This document shows, piece by piece, positions 19,166-31,250 of a DNA stretch of 64,000 nucleotides. The position numbers were made by a program, and so were the translations under genes. The notes below the pieces were generated by a model. It did not search any database, was not told where the DNA came from, and saw only the letters and a program-made list of their open reading frames with translations. Source of the DNA: an uncultured Pseudomonadota bacterium (GTDB lineage Bacteria > Pseudomonadota > Gammaproteobacteria > Methylococcales > Methylomonadaceae). The stretch's first letter is position 1. The number at the start of each line of letters is the position of its first letter. Where the stretch lies: positions 27,848 through 91,847 of the forward strand of contig CAIQDI010000004.1 in assembly GCA_903870545.1 (NCBI GenBank), in the 5' to 3' direction.

Positions 19166-19911
19166 GTGACAATGTCCTTCCAGTATTGCTGACTTGCACT
19201 ATTTTTTGCAGCATTGGCGAGTTTTCTTTTTTCAGATGTACCAATCTGGTCTGATATGCAGTTATTAGTGTTAGCGGGATCATAATAAACTTTACTTTCA
19301 AGAGAATCAGCTATGAAGTTCAGAATCTTGAGAAAATTAACGTCAGTAGCACCGATTTTGCAGTTGTAAAGAGCTTCAATAACGACTAACTCCAGATAAA
19401 ACGATGGAAAATCCAACTCATTTAAGTTTCTCCATATTTTTGTGAGTTTAATTTCATCTAATCTATTAGATTTTGAAACTTCCAAAATATGGATGTCGAT
19501 GTTTGTTTTTGTCCACGAATTTTTCTTACTCACATACAGGCTGTGATCGTTACCATACTGACTTTGTCTTCTTCCAGGTACAAGATCAATTTGGTCAGAG
19601 TTGTAATCAATACCGATAGATACGTTTTGCTTTCTTGCTTTAAAGCCTTTGTTCGTCATATAAGAGAAAAGGGACGAGTATAAGTCACAGAGTGTGTCGT
19701 TACTTGTTGATGTTATCGAAATGAACAAATCCACATCTGTTCCGCTGGAAACAGCGGTACCTTTTTTTGATGAGCCAGATATTTTTATATCAACTAAACC
19801 ATTTGCCCATTCTTCAATGTAAGGTGAAAAAAATTTATGATATTGAACCGCCTTATTTGGATTAACAGCATATTTTCGCAGTACCTCATTTACATATTCT
19901 AAACCTGTCAT
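19162..19911 (-). CDS. Minimal Pol-beta-fold nucleotidyltransferase, SMODS/CD-NTase/OAS-like
   Basis: 249-aa ORF with ISGSSKKGTAVSSGTDVDLFISI (G[SG]xxxGT ... DxD) and a third acidic residue in SDQIDLVPGRR. The helical C-terminal half resembles OAS/CD-NTase substrate-binding lobes. Confidence 0.7.
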   Translation of the reverse strand: MTGLEYVNEVLRKYAVNPNKAVQYHKFFSPYIEEWANGLVDIKISGSSKKGTAVSSGTDVDLFISITSTSNDTLCDLYSSLFSYMTNKGFKARKQNVSIGIDYNSDQIDLVPGRRQSQYGNDHSLYVSKKNSWTKTNIDIHILEVSKSNRLDEIKLTKIWRNLNELDFPSFYLELVVIEALYNCKIGATDVNFLKILNFIADSLESKVYYDPANTNNCISDQIGTSEKRKLANAAKNSASQQYWKDIVT

Positions 19912-19931
19912 ATAAACCCCAAATCAAACGT

Positions 19932-19969
19932 AAAAAAGCCCCGATTGCTTTTTAAAAACAACCAAGGCT
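19932..19969 (-). terminator. groESL terminator
   Basis: On the minus strand, AGCCUUGGUUG-loop-CAAUCGGGGCU forms 11 bp including 3 G-U pairs. It is followed by UUUUUU, about 45 nt after the groEL stop. Confidence 0.5.
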
Positions 19970-20012
19970 TTTATGAAAAGTAAAAAGCCAAAAAAAGCGT
20001 TAAGCCAGCAAA

Positions 20013-21671
<1,659 letters not shown>

Positions 21672-21700
21672 TTAAATTGAAATGTTTGTTTGAAAAAGGA

Positions 21701-21988
21701 TTAACCTAAAACCGCTAAAATGTCGTCTTCGCGCATCACGATTACGTCTTCGCCGTCGATTTTAACTTCGCTGCCAGAATACTTGCCGAATAACACTTTG
21801 TCGCCGATTTTGACGTGCATCGGGTGAATTGTTCCGTTGTCTAAAACTTTGCCTGCGCCAATTGCCAACACTTCACCTTGGCTTGGTTTTTCTGCGGCTG
21901 AACCGGGTAAAACGATGCCGCCTGATGTGACGGTTTCTTCTGCAACACGTTTAACGATAACGCGGTCATGCAATGGGGTAATTTTCAT
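21701..21988 (-). CDS. groES: Co-chaperonin GroES
   Basis: 95-aa [34 protein letters not shown], located directly upstream of groEL. Confidence 0.98.
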   Translation of the reverse strand: MKITPLHDRVIVKRVAEETVTSGGIVLPGSAAEKPSQGEVLAIGAGKVLDNGTIHPMHVKIGDKVLFGKYSGSEVKIDGEDVIVMREDDILAVLG

Positions 21989-22038
21989 GTAAAACTCCTA
22001 AGATAGATTAAAATACAACGGGATAAAAAAATAAATGG

Positions 22039-22093
22039 GCAAACCAAGGTTTGCACTCCAGCTTACAATTTTGGAGTGCAAACCTTGGTTTGC
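22039..22093. promoter_or_regulatory. Perfect 22-bp inverted repeat (CIRCE-like) upstream of groES
   Basis: GCAAACCAAGGTTTGCACTCCA-N11-TGGAGTGCAAACCTTGGTTTGC. The inner part, TTTGCACTC ... GAGTGCAAA, differs from the CIRCE half-site TTAGCACTC by one base per arm. It lies 51-105 nt upstream of the groES ATG, between the divergent groES and moeB genes. Confidence 0.5.
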
Positions 22094-22129
22094 AACCCTT
22101 AAAAACAACTTACTGCCAATCGAAAAACC

Positions 22130-22876
22130 ATGAATGACAATCAACTTTATCGCTACAGCCGCCAAATAATGCTTCCGCAAATCGACATTGCAGGACAACT
22201 TAAATTACTCAATGCCAACGTCTTAATTGTCGGTGCGGGCGGTTTAGGTTCACCTGTCGCCATGTATCTTGCAGCGGCTGGCGTGGGTCATTTAGTGATT
22301 TATGACGATGACAGCGTGGATTTGTCCAATTTACAACGGCAAATTGCTCATCACACGGCAGATATAGGGGTAGCAAAAGTCATTTCAACCCGCAACACGA
22401 TAAAAAATTTAAATCCTGACGTGAATGTGCGTGCGGTAAAAGAAAAATTGGCGGGTGAAACACTTGAAAACGAAGTGAAAAATGCCGATGTCGTTTTGGA
22501 TTGCAGTGATAATTTCACCACTCGTTTTGCGATTAACGCCGCGTGCTTTCGACAAAAAACGCCGTTAGTTTCGGGTGCGGCAATTCGTTTTGAAGGACAA
22601 GTTTCGGTTTTTACCGCTGGAAAAAATAACAGTCCGTGTTATAACTGTCTTTACCAAAGTGACGGCGAAGAATTACAAACCTGCTCGACCAACGGCGTGA
22701 TTTCGCCAATTGTCGGTATTATCGGCAGTATTCAAGCCCTAGAAGCAATCAAACTCATCACGGAAATCGGCGAAACATTAACCGGACGTTTATTGGTAAT
22801 TGATGGATTAAGCATGGAATTTAACACGCTTAAATTACGACGCAATCCACATTGTTTAACGTGTGGCGAAATATAA
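22130..22876 (+). CDS. moeB: Molybdopterin-synthase adenylyltransferase MoeB (ThiF/MoeB family E1-like)
   Basis: 248-aa ORF with YSRQIMLPQI, the Rossmann motif GAGGLGSPVAMYLAAAGVG, and CxxC pairs (CYNC ... CLTC). Confidence 0.8.
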   Translation: MNDNQLYRYSRQIMLPQIDIAGQLKLLNANVLIVGAGGLGSPVAMYLAAAGVGHLVIYDDDSVDLSNLQRQIAHHTADIGVAKVISTRNTIKNLNPDVNVRAVKEKLAGETLENEVKNADVVLDCSDNFTTRFAINAACFRQKTPLVSGAAIRFEGQVSVFTAGKNNSPCYNCLYQSDGEELQTCSTNGVISPIVGIIGSIQALEAIKLITEIGETLTGRLLVIDGLSMEFNTLKLRRNPHCLTCGEI

Positions 22877-22896
22877 ACGATAGATTCATTTTTTAA

Positions 22897-24305
<1,409 letters not shown>

Positions 24306-24306
<1 letters not shown>

Positions 24307-24716
24307 TGAATAATTTTAACCTGCATATTCTTTCCAGTAATCAACAGCAATCGTTTTCGAATGTGTGTTCGTTTGTCGGTATCGATGCCAGCGGTTCGTT
24401 TGGCATTCAAGCGAATCACGCGCATTTCATGACGGTTTTGGCGGAAGGTTTGTCACGTTTTCGGTTCGATAATGAAACGTGGCATTATTTGGCGTTACCG
24501 AGTGGCTTGGCTTCCTTTCGCGCGAATCAACTCACTATTAGCACGCGGTATTTTTTAATCGATACCGATTTTGACCGTCTCAGCGATTTATTAGAACAAC
24601 AAGCCGCGAAAGAACAAGAAAGTCGGCAAGCCATTTGTGATAGTTTGCAGCAAATAGAATGGGCGATGCTCAAAAAAATTAGAAATTTAAAACATAATTT
24701 ACAGTGGGAATCATGA
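24306..24716 (+). CDS. atpC: ATP synthase F1 epsilon subunit (N-ATPase type)
   Basis: ATG at 24306 overlaps the atpD stop (TGATG). The product is about 136 aa starting MNNFNLHILSS, with a beta-sandwich followed by a helical tail. The assignment rests mainly on position. Confidence 0.7.
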
Positions 24717-24979
24717 TGCTATTGAAATTAAAAAACCAAATTGAACAGCAAGTGAAACGCATCAAAAAAGCGCAAAACCAGCCTGCCACCTTGTTGTCAC
24801 AAACCGTTTATGTCGGTACGTTGGGATTAGTAATGGTGTTGCCGATTGTTGCCGGTGCGTATTTAGGTCATTGGTTAGACAGTTTAAGTGCCGGCTATTC
24901 CGCGCGTTGGACATTGAGTTTATTGTTTACCGGTGTTGTCGTGGGAATGTTCAACGTTTATTCGCTGATTAAAAATTGA
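24704..24979 (+). CDS. atpQ: AtpQ/AtpZ-like small membrane subunit of N-ATPase (ATPase_gene1 family)
   Basis: 91-aa ORF with two TM helices and the pattern PIVAGAYLGHWLDS ... RWTLSLLFTGVVVGMFNVY. It sits between epsilon and subunit a. Confidence 0.6.
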   Translation: MGIMMLLKLKNQIEQQVKRIKKAQNQPATLLSQTVYVGTLGLVMVLPIVAGAYLGHWLDSLSAGYSARWTLSLLFTGVVVGMFNVYSLIKN

Positions 24980-24990
24980 GACTATCATTT

Positions 24991-25659
24991 ATGGAGCATG
25001 AATTTCCGTTCAATTTAGACAGCATCCACATTAACGGTTCGGTCATGACGACGTGGGCGATTATGCTCATGCTGGCATTGGTAGCGTGGCTTTCGACGCG
25101 CCGTTTGTCATTGTTACCGACACCGTTACAAACGTTAATGGAAAGTATCGTGACGATAATGGATGAATCGATTCTCGCCGTCGCACCCGAAAACGGTCGC
25201 CGTATTTTGCCCTTGATTGCGACGTTATGGATTTTTCTCACCGTGGCGAATCTCGTCAGTTTAATTCCTACGCTGCATTCACCCACTCGTGATTTATCCG
25301 TTACCTCTGCGCTGGCGATATTGGTATTTTTATCGGTGCATTGGTTTGGTATCAAAACCCAGGGCATTAAAAAACACCTGCATCATTACATAACGCCCAG
25401 CCCCATTTTGCTGCCGTTTCACATCATCAGCGAATTCACCCGCACGTTAGCGTTGGCGATTCGGTTGTTTGGCAATATGATGAGCTTAGAAACCGCCGCC
25501 ATGTTGGTTTTATTGGTGGCGGGATTTTTAGCTCCCATTCCCATTTTAATGCTGCATATTATCGAAGCTCTTGTGCAAGCCTATATTTTTGGCACGTTGG
25601 CGTTAATTTATTTAGCCAGCGCAATTCAAACTCAACAACATCAACCCCCACTGGAGTAA
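24991..25659 (+). CDS. atpB: ATP synthase Fo subunit a (N-ATPase type)
   Basis: Polytopic membrane ORF with the conserved stator Arg region LALAIRLFGNMMS. The alternative start at 24976 overlaps the atpQ stop. Confidence 0.8.
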   Translation: MEHEFPFNLDSIHINGSVMTTWAIMLMLALVAWLSTRRLSLLPTPLQTLMESIVTIMDESILAVAPENGRRILPLIATLWIFLTVANLVSLIPTLHSPTRDLSVTSALAILVFLSVHWFGIKTQGIKKHLHHYITPSPILLPFHIISEFTRTLALAIRLFGNMMSLETAAMLVLLVAGFLAPIPILMLHIIEALVQAYIFGTLALIYLASAIQTQQHQPPLE

Positions 25660-25662
25660 TTT

Positions 25663-25929
25663 ATGAGTGATATATCCCTAATTGTTTTCGGTTCAAGTAT
25701 TGTCTCGCTGATTACGATTGCTGTAGGAGTCATGCTGCCCGCATTAGCAATGGGTAAAGCCATTAGCACCGCACTGGAAGCCTTATCGAGACAGCCCGAA
25801 TCCGAACAATCCATCATGCGAACGTTGTTTATTGGTTTGGCGATGATTGAATCGCTCGCCATTTATTGTTTAGTGATCGTGCTAATTGTGCTGTTTAAAA
25901 ATCCGTTGCTTGAATACATTGTGAAATAA
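25663..25929 (+). CDS. atpE: ATP synthase Fo subunit c (N-ATPase type)
   Basis: 88-aa helical hairpin with the loop SRQPE. Helix 2 is LAMIESLAIYCLV, carrying the carboxylate Glu followed by Ser, with Tyr at +5. Confidence 0.85.
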   Translation: MSDISLIVFGSSIVSLITIAVGVMLPALAMGKAISTALEALSRQPESEQSIMRTLFIGLAMIESLAIYCLVIVLIVLFKNPLLEYIVK

Positions 25930-25931
25930 CT

Positions 25932-26681
25932 ATGTCTATGGAATTTGATGTTTCGACGTTTATTTTGGAAATGCTCAATTTTCTGGTTTTAGTTTGGATT
26001 TTGCAGCGATTATTTTATAAACCCTTGCTCGCCACCATTGCCCAACGCAAACTGCATATTGAAGACACCTTGGCGAAAGCGCAAAGCGTGCAACAAGAAG
26101 CTGAAACGCAGCGTGAATTGTATGAAAATCGGCAAAAATTGTGGGAACAAGAAAAACAAATTGCGCTGGTAGCATTGCATCAAGACCTTGACACAGAACG
26201 TCGGGCGCAATTCGACCTGCTGCAAAAAGAGTTGCAACAAGAACGCCAACGAAACCAAGAAAATCTCAGTCGTCAACAACATGAATTTGAACAACACGCG
26301 CAACAACTCGCGTTGAAAAATGCGGCTCAATTTGCTCATATTCTGGTGCAACACACCGCGAGTGCTGAATTGGAAACGAAATTGGTGCAATTTTTGTTGG
26401 AGCAATTAAAAACCTTGCCCGACACGTTAAATGCGAGTTTTAAACGCCTTCAAAATCCGCCCGTCGTCAACATCAGCAGCGCGTTTCCGCTGAATGCGAT
26501 TTATCGACAACAATTGGCGGACTGTTTTTCGACGTTGATAGTGTTGCCGCTCACGTTTCATTATGTCGAAGATGCCACGCTGCTGGCGGGTTTACGAATT
26601 GAGCTGGGTTCGTGGGTGTTGCAAGCTAATTTACAACACGAACTCAGCGGTTTTGCGGAGTTGGCGCATGATTTTGAATAA
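25932..26681 (+). CDS. atpF: ATP synthase Fo subunit b (long, N-ATPase type)
   Basis: 249-aa ORF with one N-terminal TM helix ([19 protein letters not shown]) and a long charged coiled coil. It sits between c and alpha. Confidence 0.7.
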   Translation: MSMEFDVSTFILEMLNFLVLVWILQRLFYKPLLATIAQRKLHIEDTLAKAQSVQQEAETQRELYENRQKLWEQEKQIALVALHQDLDTERRAQFDLLQKELQQERQRNQENLSRQQHEFEQHAQQLALKNAAQFAHILVQHTASAELETKLVQFLLEQLKTLPDTLNASFKRLQNPPVVNISSAFPLNAIYRQQLADCFSTLIVLPLTFHYVEDATLLAGLRIELGSWVLQANLQHELSGFAELAHDFE

Positions 26682-28134
26682 TTCATTTGATTTATTGGAG
26701 TTACAAACCGATTGGTTAAATCGTTATAAACCGGCGTTGGGCGTGGAAGAACAAGGCACAACGGTTTCGGTGGGCGACGGTATTGCGTGGATTAACGGTT
26801 TACCGTCGGCAGCGATTGAAGACATTTTGATTTTTGCGGAAGGCAGTCGCGGCATGGTGTTTGATTTAAGTTGCGACCGCATTGGCGTAATTTTACTTTA
26901 TGAAACACCTTCGCTCACCGCCGGAACTACCGTGCGCCCTGCCCGTCATCCGTTGAGCATACCAGTGGGCGAGGCATTTTTAGGGCGCATCATTGATCCA
27001 CTCGGTTTGCCGTTGGACGGTGACGCGCCACCGGAGGCTTCGACCCGCGAAAAATTGGAAAAAAATTCTCCCGTGATTACCGCTCGCGATTTTGTTAATG
27101 AACCGCTTTATACCGGCATCAAAATTATCGACGCGCTTATTCCAATTGGCAAAGGACAACGCCAGCTGATTATTGGTGATGAAGGGTTAGGACGCAGTTC
27201 AATTGCGCTCGATACCGTTATCAATCAAAAAGATAAAAATGTGATTTGCATTGTGGTGTTGATTGGGCAAAAACGTTCGACCGTCGTCAGCACAATTGAA
27301 ACGCTCAAACAACATGGCGCATTAGCGTACACCGTTTGCGTGGTTGCCGAAGCTAATGCGTTACCCGGTTTGCAATATATCGCGCCGTTTGCGGGGTGTG
27401 CTTTGGCAGAGTATTGGATGGCAAAAGGACGCGACACGCTGATTGTTTACGATGATTTGTCCACGCACGCCCGAACGTATCGGGAATTGTCATTGTTATT
27501 GCGTCGTCCACCCGGTCGTGAAGCGTATCCGGGTGATATTTTCTTTATTCATTCACGTTTGTTAGAGCGTTCCACTCGTTACAACCCCGAACACGGCGGC
27601 GGCACGATGACGGCATTGCCGATTGTCGAAACGCAACAAGGCGAAATTGCCGCGTACATTCCGACGAATTTAATTTCGATTACCGACGGGCAGATTTATT
27701 TAGACAGCAATTTATTTACGTCGGGGTTTCGTCCGGCGATTGATATTGCAAAATCGGTGTCACGCATTGGCGGCAAAGCGCAACACCCCGCGATTCGCAA
27801 TCAAGCTGGACAAATGAAACTGGATTATTTGCAGTTTTTAGAACTCGAAATGTTCACCCGTTTTGGTCAACGTTTGGAAGCGTCGATGGAACAACGTATT
27901 CAACGTGGGCGATTGCTGCGTGAATTACTGAAACAAGACCGGTTCACGCCGTTATCGAGTTTGTGTCAACTGGCGTGGCTGGTGGCTTTCAACAGTGATT
28001 GTCTGAATGCGTTGGAATTCTCTGACCTTGAACAGGCTTTAGAACGACTCGCGCAAGGCGTGAAAAATACCGATTTAACGCTCGACAGTTCGCATGAACA
28101 ATGGCAACACGCCGTCACAAATTGGTTAGCCTAA
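26668..28134 (+). CDS. atpA: ATP synthase F1 alpha subunit (N-ATPase type)
   Basis: ATG at 26668 overlaps the atpF stop. Motifs present are GDEGLGRSS (a degenerate Walker A, as in alpha subunits), [18 protein letters not shown] and ITDGQIYL. Confidence 0.9.
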   Translation: MILNNSFDLLELQTDWLNRYKPALGVEEQGTTVSVGDGIAWINGLPSAAIEDILIFAEGSRGMVFDLSCDRIGVILLYETPSLTAGTTVRPARHPLSIPVGEAFLGRIIDPLGLPLDGDAPPEASTREKLEKNSPVITARDFVNEPLYTGIKIIDALIPIGKGQRQLIIGDEGLGRSSIALDTVINQKDKNVICIVVLIGQKRSTVVSTIETLKQHGALAYTVCVVAEANALPGLQYIAPFAGCALAEYWMAKGRDTLIVYDDLSTHARTYRELSLLLRRPPGREAYPGDIFFIHSRLLERSTRYNPEHGGGTMTALPIVETQQGEIAAYIPTNLISITDGQIYLDSNLFTSGFRPAIDIAKSVSRIGGKAQHPAIRNQAGQMKLDYLQFLELEMFTRFGQRLEASMEQRIQRGRLLRELLKQDRFTPLSSLCQLAWLVAFNSDCLNALEFSDLEQALERLAQGVKNTDLTLDSSHEQWQHAVTNWLA

Positions 28135-28135
28135 A

Positions 28136-28927
28136 ATGAGCCGAAGCCGCGATTTATACCAACACATTCACCAACTCGAAGATATTCGCGGCATTCTCAA
28201 TGCCATGAAAAATCTCGCGTTGATGGCGGTGCATAAACTTACGCAGTTACAGCTGTTGCAATCGCAAATAGTCGCGCACGTTGAAAGCAATTCGGCGCGT
28301 TTTCTGGCGGCGTATCCGCATTTTGTCAGCGACGATAACGGTCAAATCGTTTATCTGGTGCTGGGTTCAGAACGCGGATTTTGTGGCGATTTTAATGAAA
28401 AGTTGCTGGACAGCCTGAAAAATAAACCGTATGCCGGCATTATTGCGGTCGGCAATCGGTTAATTGCGCGAGCTGAAGCGTACGATTATCAGCTAATTGC
28501 ACGCTTGAACGGCATGAATGTCGTGGAAGACGTGCCGCTATTGCTCGAACAATTGATGCAATGCCTTAACAATTTAGACGCTGATTGCACGTTGATGGCG
28601 GTTTATCACGACTTGCACAGCAATCAAATTCAACACCGACAAATTTTGCCACTGCCGCGACCGCCCAAAACCGAAGAAGAAGCACCGCTGTTGAATGTGT
28701 CGCCTGAACTTTTTTTTGTAAAAATGCTGGAACAGGTTCTGCTGCCGATATTGCACGACATTATTTATGTTTCGTCGCTGGCTGAAAATCGTCGCCGACT
28801 CCAGCATTTGGAAGGCGCGGTACAACATCTCGACGCACAAACCCAAAAACTACATCACAAATCCCAAATTTATCGCCAAGAAGAAATCACCGAAGAACTC
28901 GAAGTCATTTTGTTAAACGCCGAATAA
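28136..28927 (+). CDS. atpG: ATP synthase F1 gamma subunit (short, N-ATPase type)
   Basis: 263-aa ORF starting 1 nt after the atpA stop. It has the N-terminal motif IRGILNAMKNLALMAV and the C-terminal helix YRQEEITEELEVIL. Confidence 0.8.
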   Translation: MSRSRDLYQHIHQLEDIRGILNAMKNLALMAVHKLTQLQLLQSQIVAHVESNSARFLAAYPHFVSDDNGQIVYLVLGSERGFCGDFNEKLLDSLKNKPYAGIIAVGNRLIARAEAYDYQLIARLNGMNVVEDVPLLLEQLMQCLNNLDADCTLMAVYHDLHSNQIQHRQILPLPRPPKTEEEAPLLNVSPELFFVKMLEQVLLPILHDIIYVSSLAENRRRLQHLEGAVQHLDAQTQKLHHKSQIYRQEEITEELEVILLNAE

Positions 28928-28957
28928 TCGAAAATAGCCGCTCTCATTTCTCATTTA

Positions 28958-31246
28958 TTGAAAATCATGACCATCAATCAAACACTTGCCCAAGAATTAG
29001 CCGTTCACGTCAATCAAATTAACGCCGCCGTCGCACTTTTAGACGAAGGTGCAACCGTGCCGTTTATTTCCCGTTATCGAAAAGAAATCACCGGCGGTTT
29101 GGACGACACGCAATTGCGTTTACTCGAAGAACGTTTGGGCTATTTGCGCGAGCTGAACGCCCGTCGCGCCACGATTTTAGACAGTATCGCGTCGCAAGAA
29201 AAACTCACACCCGAATTAGAAACTGCGATTAACGCTGCTGAAACCAAAACCTTGCTCGAAGATTTGTATTTGCCATTCAAACAAAAACGCCGCACCAAAG
29301 CGCAAATCGCCCGTGAAGCGGGTTTAGAGCCGTTGACGCACGATATTTTGGCTAATCGAAACGTTGCGCCCGAAGCATTTGCCGCCAACTATGTGAATGC
29401 TGAAAAAGGCGTGGTCGATGTTGCTGCTGCATTGGACGGCGCACGGCAAATTGTGATGGAAGAATTATCTGAAAACGCGCCACTGTTGGCAGATTTGCGT
29501 GAACACGTTTGGCAACAAGGCGTTATGCACGTTCACGTTGTCGCGGGTAAAGAAGCGCAAGCGGAGAAATTCAAAGATTATTTTGATTACCGCGAACCGC
29601 TACAAAAAATGCCGTCGCACCGCATTTTGGCGATGTTACGCGGTCGAAATGAAGATTGTTTGGTGGTGACGTTGCAACCCGCGTCGGACGAAAAATTGGG
29701 TCATGAATTGTGCGCTCAGAAAGTGGCGCGACAATTAAACGTCGGTGATATTTCCCAACCCGCGAATGCGTGGCTGGCGGAAACCGCGCGTTTGGGTTGG
29801 AAAACGAAATTGTTTACGCGCTTAGATTTGGACTTGAAAAGCCAACTTCGTGAAGCAGCGGACGCGGAAGCGATTCGGGTTTTCGCCCACAATTTGCGTG
29901 ATTTATTATTAGCGGCACCCGCTGGCGCGAAAACGACGATGGGTTTAGATCCTGGCATTCGTACCGGTGTGAAAGTGGCGATTGTCGATAAAACCGGCAA
30001 AGTGGTTGCCACCGATGTCATTTATCCGCATCAACCGCGCAACGATTGGGACGGTTCGATTGCAAAATTAGCGAGGTTGATTGCGCTGCATAATGTGGAA
30101 CTGGTCAGCATTGGCAACGGCACAGCGTCGCGCGAAACCGATGCTTTGGTCGCCGACGTGTTGAAACGTCACAGCGAGTTGAAATTCAACAAAATTACGG
30201 TTTCCGAAGCGGGCGCGTCGGTGTATTCGGCTTCGGAATTAGCGGCAAAAGAATTTCCCGATTTAGATGTGACCTTGCGCGGCGCGGTGTCGATTGCGCG
30301 ACGTTTGCAAGATCCGTTGGCGGAATTGGTGAAAATCGATCCCAAATCTATCGGAGTGGGGCAATATCAACACGACGTAAATCAAACGCAACTGGCGCGA
30401 ATGCTCAATAATGTCGTGGAAGATTGCGTGAATAAAGTCGGCGTGGATGTGAATACCGCGTCGGTTTCGTTGCTCAAACAAGTTTCGGGTTTGTCGGCGA
30501 GCGTGAGTGAAAATATCGTCGCATTTCGGAATGAAAATGGCGCGTTTCAAAATCGTAAACAGTTGAAAAAAGTGCCGCGTTTGGGCGAAAAAGCGTACGA
30601 ACAAGCGGCGGGATTTTTACGGATTTTGAACGGTGATAATCCGCTCGATGCGTCGGCGGTTCATCCGGAAGCGTATCCTGTCGTTGAAAATATCATCAAA
30701 AATACCGGCAAAAATATCCGCGATTTAATCGGACAACCCGCATTTTTACGCGGGTTGAATGCCGCGAATTTTACGAATGAACATTTTGGTTTACCGACCG
30801 TGACGGATATTTTGCAAGAACTCGAAAAACCAGGACGCGACCCGCGACCCGAATTTAAAAATGTGGAATTTAAAGCGGGCGTGGAAAAAATTACGGATTT
30901 AGAAGTCGGAATGCGCTTGCAAGGCGTGGTCACGAATGTGGCAAATTTTGGCGCGTTCGTTGATATTGGCGTGCATCAAGATGGGCTGGTTCATATTTCG
31001 CAACTCGCTGATACGTTCATCAAAGATCCGCGCGACGTGGTGAAAACGGGCGACGTGGTGACGGTAATCGTGACGGAAATTGACGCGCCCCGCAAACGCA
31101 TTGCGCTGACCATGAAAAGTGCGATTGAACCGAATGAAATGAAACGTGAATCGCGCAAAATCGAACCCACGCCCAAAGTGAAACCGCAGCCGCCGTTACA
31201 AAATAATTTGATGGCGAATGCGTTGGCGAATGCGTTTAAAAAATAA
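28958..31246 (+). CDS. tex: Transcription accessory protein Tex (S1 RNA-binding domain protein)
   Basis: 762-aa ORF with LLDEGATVPFISRYRKEITGGLDD, a YqgF-like domain, HhH motifs, and a C-terminal S1 domain (GVVTNVANFGAFVDIGVHQDGLVHIS). Confidence 0.93.
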   Translation: MKIMTINQTLAQELAVHVNQINAAVALLDEGATVPFISRYRKEITGGLDDTQLRLLEERLGYLRELNARRATILDSIASQEKLTPELETAINAAETKTLLEDLYLPFKQKRRTKAQIAREAGLEPLTHDILANRNVAPEAFAANYVNAEKGVVDVAAALDGARQIVMEELSENAPLLADLREHVWQQGVMHVHVVAGKEAQAEKFKDYFDYREPLQKMPSHRILAMLRGRNEDCLVVTLQPASDEKLGHELCAQKVARQLNVGDISQPANAWLAETARLGWKTKLFTRLDLDLKSQLREAADAEAIRVFAHNLRDLLLAAPAGAKTTMGLDPGIRTGVKVAIVDKTGKVVATDVIYPHQPRNDWDGSIAKLARLIALHNVELVSIGNGTASRETDALVADVLKRHSELKFNKITVSEAGASVYSASELAAKEFPDLDVTLRGAVSIARRLQDPLAELVKIDPKSIGVGQYQHDVNQTQLARMLNNVVEDCVNKVGVDVNTASVSLLKQVSGLSASVSENIVAFRNENGAFQNRKQLKKVPRLGEKAYEQAAGFLRILNGDNPLDASAVHPEAYPVVENIIKNTGKNIRDLIGQPAFLRGLNAANFTNEHFGLPTVTDILQELEKPGRDPRPEFKNVEFKAGVEKITDLEVGMRLQGVVTNVANFGAFVDIGVHQDGLVHISQLADTFIKDPRDVVKTGDVVTVIVTEIDAPRKRIALTMKSAIEPNEMKRESRKIEPTPKVKPQPPLQNNLMANALANAFKK

Positions 31247-31250
31247 AAAC

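Noticed and set aside
18413-19911. Interpreting the NTase/second-gene pair as a MNT-HEPN toxin-antitoxin module (an R-x6-H string, RTSVPIAH, occurs in the second protein)
   Set aside because: Both proteins are about twice the size of MNT and HEPN TA components. The second protein has a clear D...D...ExK nuclease-type core rather than a HEPN helical bundle. The Rx6H is most likely coincidental. This is not fully excluded without a fold prediction.
22039-22093. Calling the groES-upstream inverted repeat a canonical CIRCE element, a terminator or a MITE
   Set aside because: It is not canonical: there is one mismatch per 9-bp arm and a 15-nt rather than 9-nt spacer. It is not a terminator, because it lies between two divergent start codons. 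A MITE call would need other genomic copies, which I cannot check. It is reported as CIRCE-like only.
26563-26667. 35-codon N-terminal extension of atpA in the ORF track
   Set aside because: The extension lies inside atpF and translates to a Cys/Trp/Arg-rich peptide. The ATG at 26668 overlaps the atpF stop and gives a normal alpha-subunit N-terminus.
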